A stretch of 42,419 nucleotides of DNA, from NCBI GenBank assembly GCA_036509775.1, contig DATCEZ010000161.1:1-42419 (forward strand). Direction: 5' to 3'. Shown here piece by piece: positions 8,446 to 14,283 of this stretch (positions within the stretch are counted from its first letter, which is position 1; every line of letters begins with the position of its first letter). Below the pieces are notes generated by a model. It had not been told where the DNA came from. It saw only the letters and a list, made by a program, of their open reading frames with translations, and searched no databases. A program made the translations under genes and the position numbers. This stretch comes from Acidimicrobiales bacterium (GTDB lineage: Bacteria > Actinomycetota > Acidimicrobiia > Acidimicrobiales > RAAP-2).

Positions 8446-9830
8446 GCACCGTGAGCACCGTGACCGGACCGATCACCGATGGCAAGGGATGGCCGTTCGG
8501 CCTGCCCACGACCGACCTGGCCGCGGTGGGCTACCGCGCCGACGAGTACTTCCTGGAGGGAGAGGCCGCCCGCTACGGGCCCGTCGCCGGCACCGAACTG
8601 GCACGGGACGGTCGCTGGCAGGTCGAGCCGGTGGGGACTGCCCCCTTCAAGACCCGCCTGGTGGTCCTGCGTCCGGTTGACGCCGCGGCCTTCAACGGGA
8701 CGGTGGTCGTGCTGTGGAACAACGTGAGCGCCGGCTACGAGAACTTCACCGGCGGCGACAGCCCTGAGGTGTTCGAGAACGGCTACGTCTACGTGGCCGC
8801 CTCCGTGCAGCGGGTCGGGATACACGGCCAACCCGACAACCCGCAGGGCCTGCGGGACTGGGACCCGGAGCGCTACGGCTCGCTGTCGATCCCCAGCGAC
8901 GACTACTCGTTCGACATCTACACGCAGGTGGCCGATCGGGTCGCGCCCGATCGGCCTCGTGGCGGCCTCGACCCGCTGCAGGGCCTGCAGGTGCGCCGGA
9001 TCATCGCCCAGGGCGCCTCGCAGTCGGCGGCGCGGCTGGCGTCCTACCTCAACGGCGTGCAGCCGCTCACCCGACGCTTCCATGCCTTCTTCCTCCTGAT
9101 GTACTTCGGTGGCGGCACGCCGCTGCAGGTGGGTGACGAGGTGATGACCGTCTCCGGGGCCGCCGCCGGCGCGAGTCCCCGGATCCCCGAGGGTGAGCAC
9201 CTGCTACGCGACGACCTCGGCGTTCCCGTCATGGTGCTCAACACCGAGTGTGAGGCCACGTCCTGTTACCCGGTCCGCCAGCCCGACTCCGAGCGCTTCC
9301 GTTACTGGGAGGTGGCCGGGGCCTCGCACGTCTCGCTGCAGGGCATCGCCTCGTCGTCCCCTCGTATGGAGCGGGACTTCGGGTTTGCCATTCCGCTGGA
9401 CGGCGAAGCCATGCAGGCCGTGAACCACGTCTCGGTGGCACCGGTGGTCGACGCGGCCTTACATCACCTGCAGGCCTGGCTCCTCGACGGGACGCCCCCT
9501 CCAGTCCAGCCGTTGATCGCCTTCGCCGGTGAGCCGGCGGTGATCGCCCGCGACGACAACGACATCGCCCGCCGCGGCATCAGGCTGCCCCAGGTGGAGG
9601 TCCCGCTGGGACACAACAGCGCCATACAGCAGGCGCCCGATGTCTTCGCCAGGCTCGTCGGCTACCACGAGAGCTTCCCCGACGAGAAGGTGCGCGCGCT
9701 CTACGGCAGCCGTGAGGAGTACCTCGCCCGCTATGACGTGGCCACGCGGGCGGCCCAGGCAGCCGGGGTCATTCTCCCCCGCGATGTCGATCCCCTCCTG
9801 GCGGAGGCGGCTCAGGCCTTCCCGCTCTGA
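8442..9830 (+). CDS. uncharacterised alpha/beta-hydrolase-like protein
   Basis: 462 aa. The GTG start overlaps the ligase stop (GTGA 8442-8445). It has a nucleophile-elbow-like IIAQGASQSAARL and a late EVAGASHVS. From memory it resembles actinobacterial 'alpha/beta hydrolase domain-containing' hypothetical proteins. The coding call is firm but the function is not. Confidence 0.75.
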   Translation: MSTVSTVTGPITDGKGWPFGLPTTDLAAVGYRADEYFLEGEAARYGPVAGTELARDGRWQVEPVGTAPFKTRLVVLRPVDAAAFNGTVVVLWNNVSAGYENFTGGDSPEVFENGYVYVAASVQRVGIHGQPDNPQGLRDWDPERYGSLSIPSDDYSFDIYTQVADRVAPDRPRGGLDPLQGLQVRRIIAQGASQSAARLASYLNGVQPLTRRFHAFFLLMYFGGGTPLQVGDEVMTVSGAAAGASPRIPEGEHLLRDDLGVPVMVLNTECEATSCYPVRQPDSERFRYWEVAGASHVSLQGIASSSPRMERDFGFAIPLDGEAMQAVNHVSVAPVVDAALHHLQAWLLDGTPPPVQPLIAFAGEPAVIARDDNDIARRGIRLPQVEVPLGHNSAIQQAPDVFARLVGYHESFPDEKVRALYGSREEYLARYDVATRAAQAAGVILPRDVDPLLAEAAQAFPL

Positions 9831-9868
9831 CCGGACGCCGCGGCGGCTGTCTGCCCCGTCGCCTCGCC

Positions 9869-11140
9869 CTACTTCGTGGCGGCGGAATCGGCGAACTGCA
9901 GCACGTTCTTCGCCTTGTCGAAGGTCACGAGGTACACCGGGCCGAGTGCGTAGGACCGGCCCGGAGCGAAGGAAACCGGTGCACCCGATCCGGGAATGGC
10001 CGCGTTCTTGAGCGCGCAGCCGGCGTGGGTGAACGTGGACCAGGTCAGGTTCTTCCCCGCCGCCTTGGCGATCGTCGCGAACAGGTCGATGTTGAGGCAG
10101 GCCGATTCCACCGCGTAGAAGGTCTGGTCCGAGCCTGTCAACGGGTTCGTCGGCGGTGTGATCTTGAGCGAGGGGTACGCCTTGCTCACCACGCGGTCAC
10201 ACGACTGGACCGCCGGGGTGTGCCAGAGCGCATAGTTCGAAGGAACGGGGCTCGTCGTCAGGACGTTCTCGAGATACTTCGGTTGGATGGAGGATCCGAG
10301 CGTGGCGCTCTCCAGCCCGGACTCGTCCGTGGCGATCCATGCCGGCAGGTAGGTGCTCTCGTTCGCCTGCAGCGACTCCGGCCACACGGTGGCGCCGGTA
10401 CCCACGGCGATCACCTCGTTGACGCCCGCCTGCTGGAAGCGCTGGGCGATGAGGGCCGCCTGTTGGTTGGTGGCCACCTCGTCGCTCTGCGGTGCGCCGT
10501 CGACGGCGCTCTCGACGACGTGGACCCCCAATGACTTCAGCGAGGCCTGGACGACCTTCAGCTCGGGTCCATCGGTCTCGGTTCCGGCGAAGAGTCCGAC
10601 CTTCTTGCCCTTGAAGGTGCCGTGGTGATTCAAGACGGAGAGTTGGAGCGGGTCGTAGGCCGCCGGGGGCGGCAGGAGCGTGAAGTTCGGCGTGCTCTCC
10701 TGGGACGCCACCTCCTGGAACATGCCCGAAATGGTCGGGACGTCATGTTGCTGCAGGAAGCAGTCGGCCTGTTGCGGGGCGATGGCGACGAAGACCTCGT
10801 CGTCCTCGGCCAGCTGCGTACAGGCGGTGATGGCAGGCCCGGTCCCGACGGGGTTCACGGCCACCAGGTACGGCACCAGCTTGCGGCCGTTGATGCCGCC
10901 CTGCGCATTCAGATTCTTTATGATCGCGCTGTAGGCATCGGGGAAGCTCCCCTGGTCCAGAGTGATGCCGAACTGCCGGACGGCCGCCAGGTCCACGTAG
11001 GGGATGCCGACCCGGATGGTGGTGGCGGTGACCGCCTGGGGCGGCGCGGTCGCCGCCGACGCAGGGCCGCTACCGGCGACGACGGCAGTGGCACTCAGGA
11101 GCAGGGCGCCGACCAGGGGTGTGACAAGGCTCTTTCGCAT
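9869..11140 (-). CDS. secreted type-I periplasmic-binding-fold solute-binding protein (Leu/Ile/Val-binding-like)
   Basis: ATG 11140 is preceded by GGAGATGGAGA. The Sec signal is MRKSLVTPLVGALLLSATAVVAGSGPASA-A. The mature part is LivJ/Peripla_BP_6-like (TIRVGIPYVDL..., NAQGGINGRKL). No permease or ATPase genes are adjacent. Confidence 0.8.
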   Translation of the reverse strand: MRKSLVTPLVGALLLSATAVVAGSGPASAATAPPQAVTATTIRVGIPYVDLAAVRQFGITLDQGSFPDAYSAIIKNLNAQGGINGRKLVPYLVAVNPVGTGPAITACTQLAEDDEVFVAIAPQQADCFLQQHDVPTISGMFQEVASQESTPNFTLLPPPAAYDPLQLSVLNHHGTFKGKKVGLFAGTETDGPELKVVQASLKSLGVHVVESAVDGAPQSDEVATNQQAALIAQRFQQAGVNEVIAVGTGATVWPESLQANESTYLPAWIATDESGLESATLGSSIQPKYLENVLTTSPVPSNYALWHTPAVQSCDRVVSKAYPSLKITPPTNPLTGSDQTFYAVESACLNIDLFATIAKAAGKNLTWSTFTHAGCALKNAAIPGSGAPVSFAPGRSYALGPVYLVTFDKAKNVLQFADSAATK

Positions 11141-11184
11141 TCTCCATCTCCGCAGGAAGAGCAGCCACCACGGCCGCGCCGGCC

Positions 11185-11229
11185 GACACAGTGACACACT
11201 TCCCGGGCCCCGGGCATTCACACGGTGTC
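11185..11229. promoter_or_regulatory. 45-bp imperfect palindrome between the methyltransferase stop and the SBP start (terminator or operator candidate)
   Basis: GACACAGTG...CCCGGGCCCCGGG...CACGGTGTC. The outer arms pair at 8 of 9 positions and the core is doubly self-complementary CCCGGG. No U-tract follows. Confidence 0.25.
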
Positions 11230-11245
11230 GCCGGACGAGGACGAG

Positions 11246-11950
11246 TCAGGTCGTTGCGACCAGCAGTTCTTCGCCCCGCGCCGTCCGCAGCCCGTCCGTC
11301 CGTCCGGCGAAAGAGCGGTCATTCAGCGCCTCCGCAGCGACGTGCCGGGCGTCCCGGAATCCGGCCTGGAGCGCCAGCGCCGTCATTTCCTCGGGCGTGT
11401 AGAAGCTGATGAAGGGTGTGCCGGCAGCGCGGGCGCCCTTCTCGGCCGTCTCGAACCCCGGCCGCAGGACGTCGTCGACCAGCTCCGACGGCAGGAGAAA
11501 GGTCATGGCGAGCGTCGACCCGGGCGCCAGCTCGGCCATCTGGCGCAAGGTGGCGGCGTTGGCCTCCTTGGAGAGGTAGAACGTCACGCCGGTGGAGACG
11601 ACGACGGCCGGTCGGGCGGGATCGAAGTCGGCCGCGACCAGCTGGTCCCACCATGATCCTCCTCGCTCGAAGTCGACCGGCACCAGCCGCAGCCACGCCG
11701 GCACCCCGAACCCCAGCTCCGTGAGACGCCGGCGCTTCCAGACCTGCGGGCCGGGTTGGTCGACCTCGAAGACCCGGAGACGCGACGCCAGCTCCGGGCG
11801 CCGCTGCGCGAAGGTGTCCAGGCCGGCGCCCAAAATGACGTACTGGGTCACGCCTCGTGCAGCCTGCTCGGCCACGAGGTCCTCGACGAAGCGGGCGCGG
11901 GCGCGGGCGACGATGCTCGCCCGGAACCACCGCGTGCCGTCCGGATCCAT
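11246..11950 (-). CDS. class I SAM-dependent methyltransferase (LCM/TcmP-like), N-terminally truncated relative to the family; possible pseudogene
   Basis: 234 aa from ATG 11950, with VTQYVILGAGLDTFAQR (SAM-binding loop), FEVDQP and VVVSTGVTFYL. Only about 35 residues precede the GxGxD loop, whereas I recall about 60-80 in family members. The upstream in-frame sequence is Arg/Gly junk that overlaps the MFS gene. Confidence 0.6.
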   Translation of the reverse strand: MDPDGTRWFRASIVARARARFVEDLVAEQAARGVTQYVILGAGLDTFAQRRPELASRLRVFEVDQPGPQVWKRRRLTELGFGVPAWLRLVPVDFERGGSWWDQLVAADFDPARPAVVVSTGVTFYLSKEANAATLRQMAELAPGSTLAMTFLLPSELVDDVLRPGFETAEKGARAAGTPFISFYTPEEMTALALQAGFRDARHVAAEALNDRSFAGRTDGLRTARGEELLVATT

Positions 11951-11988
11951 ATCGTGGGCGGCCCCGCCGACTGCCCGAGGGTCATGCG

Positions 11989-13485
11989 TCAGCCGCCTGC
12001 GCCGACGGCCGCACCCTCCACCGACGACACCTGGGCCGGCCCGGCGGAGATGAGCACGGCACTGGCGATCGCCCCCAGTGCGAGGAATCCGGCACCGACC
12101 GCGAAGGCCACGGCGAACCCATGGACGACGCCGGCCTGGGAGGCCGCCGCCCCGTGGGCGACGATGTAACTCGCGGTGGCGGTCGCCGCCAGGGTGTTCA
12201 GTAGCGCCGTGCCCAGTGAGCCACCGATCTGCTGTGTGGTGTTCACCAGAGCGCTGGCCACGCCCGCGTCGCGTTCGCGGACCCGTATGAGGGCGGTACT
12301 GCTGAAGGCGGGGAAGGCCAGGCCCAGACCGACACTCATCAAGATCTCCTGCGGCGCGACGTGAACCCAGAAATCGCTGTGCACCCCGATCTGCGTCAGC
12401 CAGGCCAACCCGCCGGCGGCGATGCCAAGGCCGACCGTCATCGGAATCCGCGGACCGATCCGCGGGACGAGGCCGGACGATGCGCCCGCCGCCAGAATGA
12501 TGCCGAACGCAAAGGGCAGGAAGGCGAGCCCCGCTTTGAGCGCCGAGTAGTGCAGCACACTCTGCAGGTAGTAGCTCAAGAACACGAACATGGCGAAGAG
12601 CCCGGCTCCCGTGAGCAACGAAGCGAGGAACGCACCGCCCCTGTTCCGGTCGCGCACCACCCGGAGCGGCAGGAGCGGATGGCTGGTCTTCGTCTCCAGG
12701 AAGACGAACGAGGCGAGGAGGACGACCGCGACGAGCAGGAGCACGATGGTCACCGTGGCGCTCCAACCGTCGCTCTCCGCCTTGGTGAAGCCGTAGACGA
12801 GGCTGACCAGACCCAACGTCGAGAGCAGCGCGCCGGGCACGTCGTACCTTGTCGACTCCGAGGACCTGCTCTCGCGCACGAGGAAGAACGCCCCGACAGA
12901 GGCGAGGACGGCGATCGGAACGTTGACGAGAAGGCACCACCGCCACGAGGCGTATTCCGTGAGCACGCCCCCGAGGAGGACGCCGATCGCTCCGCCGGCG
13001 CCCGAGACGGCACCGTAGGCACCGAACGCCTTGGCCCGCTCCTTGGCGTCGTGTTGGAAGGTGATGGTCAGGATGGACAGCGCCGCCGGCGCCATCAGGG
13101 CCGCGAACCCACCCTGGAGGGCGCGGGCGGCGAAGAGCATGGCTTCGTTGACGGCCAAGCCCCCGAGGGCCGACGCGCCGGCGAAGCCCAGCAGCCCGAC
13201 GACGAACATCCGCTTGCGGCCCGAGAAGTCGGCGATCCGGCCACCCAGCAGCAGGAAGCCCCCGAAGGCGAGCGTGTAGGCGGTGATGACCCACTGACGG
13301 TTGGCCGTCGAAATGTTGAGGGCATGTTGCGCCGACGGCAGGGCGATGGTGACGATCGATGCGTCGAGGACGATCATCAACTGCGCCACGATCACCACGG
13401 CGAGGATCCCCCACCGCCGCGGGTCGGGACCCGTCCCGTCCGTCAGGGGCGCTGACGATGCCGTCACGATGTCACTTGACTCCAC
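11989..13485 (-). CDS. MFS transporter, DHA2 (EmrB/QacA-like, 14-TMS) drug:H+ antiporter family
   Basis: Signature motifs LDASIVTIALPS and LGGRIADFSGRKRMF, with many hydrophobic segments. I prefer the start at GTG 13485 because GGAAGAGAGAG lies 5 nt upstream. The ORF track begins at TTG 13524. Confidence 0.9.
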   Translation of the reverse strand: MESSDIVTASSAPLTDGTGPDPRRWGILAVVIVAQLMIVLDASIVTIALPSAQHALNISTANRQWVITAYTLAFGGFLLLGGRIADFSGRKRMFVVGLLGFAGASALGGLAVNEAMLFAARALQGGFAALMAPAALSILTITFQHDAKERAKAFGAYGAVSGAGGAIGVLLGGVLTEYASWRWCLLVNVPIAVLASVGAFFLVRESRSSESTRYDVPGALLSTLGLVSLVYGFTKAESDGWSATVTIVLLLVAVVLLASFVFLETKTSHPLLPLRVVRDRNRGGAFLASLLTGAGLFAMFVFLSYYLQSVLHYSALKAGLAFLPFAFGIILAAGASSGLVPRIGPRIPMTVGLGIAAGGLAWLTQIGVHSDFWVHVAPQEILMSVGLGLAFPAFSSTALIRVRERDAGVASALVNTTQQIGGSLGTALLNTLAATATASYIVAHGAAASQAGVVHGFAVAFAVGAGFLALGAIASAVLISAGPAQVSSVEGAAVGAGG

Positions 13486-13510
13486 GGTGTCTCTCTCTTC
13501 CGTTCGCCCG

Positions 13511-13532
13511 CAACTCAGGGGCAACTCAGGGG
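13511..13532. repeat. perfect tandem direct repeat 2 x 11 bp (CAACTCAGGGG), upstream of the MFS gene and downstream of marR
   Basis: Units at 13511-13521 and 13522-13532 are identical. A third, degenerate copy (GCGGCTAGGGG) follows. The repeat lies 26-47 nt upstream of the MFS GTG on the minus strand. Confidence 0.8.
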
Positions 13533-13652
13533 GCGGCTAGGGGTCACAGCGAACCTAACGGGAGCGACTTCGCACCCGAACCCCTCACCCTACCGACGGG
13601 GTGTTCGCGCCCTCCCGCTCGGGAAGGGCCGTCCACCGTGCCTGGTCGGCCG

Positions 13653-14252
13653 TTACGCCACCTCGAACCGGCCGTTGCCGACGCCACGCCCATGCTTGTG
13701 CGCCTGGCGGGACCCGACCTCCTCAATGACTTCGTCGGAGTGCTCAATGTCGAACTCGTTCCCACTGGCCCGCAGCTCGGCCAGGAGATCGGTCAGGCGG
13801 CCCCGCTTGGTCTCGGACAGGCCGATGCACGAGTACACGGTGGCGTTCAGGTCCCGCGTGGCCTCGGTCGCCACCCGCTCGCCGCGCGCCGTAATGACCG
13901 CGAGCGTGGTGCGCGCGTCGGAGGGGTGGGGAACGCGGCGCACGAGCTTGTCGCCCTCGAGTCTGTCCATGATGTTGGTGACGGTTGCCGGCGGGATCCG
14001 CAAGGTCTTGCTGATCCAACTCAGAGCCAGTGAGGATTCGGGATCCATGGCCAACCACGCCAACACCTCGTAGCGGGCGAACGTGAGGTCGTGATGGCGC
14101 ATGACGCCGTTCACCTGATCGTTCAGCAGCTGATACGAGCGGAGGACGGCTGTGTACACGGCCATCCCCGACGCCGCCTCGGGCTCCCACCGCTCCAGCC
14201 AGACGCGTCGGGACGCCTCGACGACATCGAACGGAGCTTTCTGGAAACCCAT
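13653..14252 (-). CDS. MarR family transcriptional regulator
   Basis: 199 aa with a winged-helix region: LTFARYEVLAWLAMDPESSLALSWISKTLRIPPATVTNIMDRLEGDKLVRRVPHPSDARTTLAVITARG. Confidence 0.9.
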   Translation of the reverse strand: MGFQKAPFDVVEASRRVWLERWEPEAASGMAVYTAVLRSYQLLNDQVNGVMRHHDLTFARYEVLAWLAMDPESSLALSWISKTLRIPPATVTNIMDRLEGDKLVRRVPHPSDARTTLAVITARGERVATEATRDLNATVYSCIGLSETKRGRLTDLLAELRASGNEFDIEHSDEVIEEVGSRQAHKHGRGVGNGRFEVA

Positions 14253-14258
14253 CGCTTC

Positions 14259-14264
14259 ACACTA
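14259..14264 (-). promoter_or_regulatory. -10 hexamer TAGTGT exactly 6 nt upstream of the marR ATG (leaderless transcript predicted)
   Basis: The minus strand reads GAGAGCCG TAGTGT GAAGCG ATG. There is no SD. Only 31 bp separate marR from the upstream CoA-transferase stop. Confidence 0.45.
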
Positions 14265-14283
14265 CGGCTCTCACGCCCGGCCC

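Noticed and set aside
9831-9868. Possible bidirectional terminator between the convergent hydrolase-like and SBP genes (GCCGCGGCGGC tract).
   Set aside because: The complementary arms would leave a loop of 0-1 nt, so no stable hairpin can be drawn by eye.
11246-13414. 722-aa ORF that would make one very large minus-strand gene.
   Set aside because: Only the last 234 codons look like a protein (a methyltransferase). The rest is Arg/Gly-rich sequence in an alternative frame of the clearly real MFS transporter gene.
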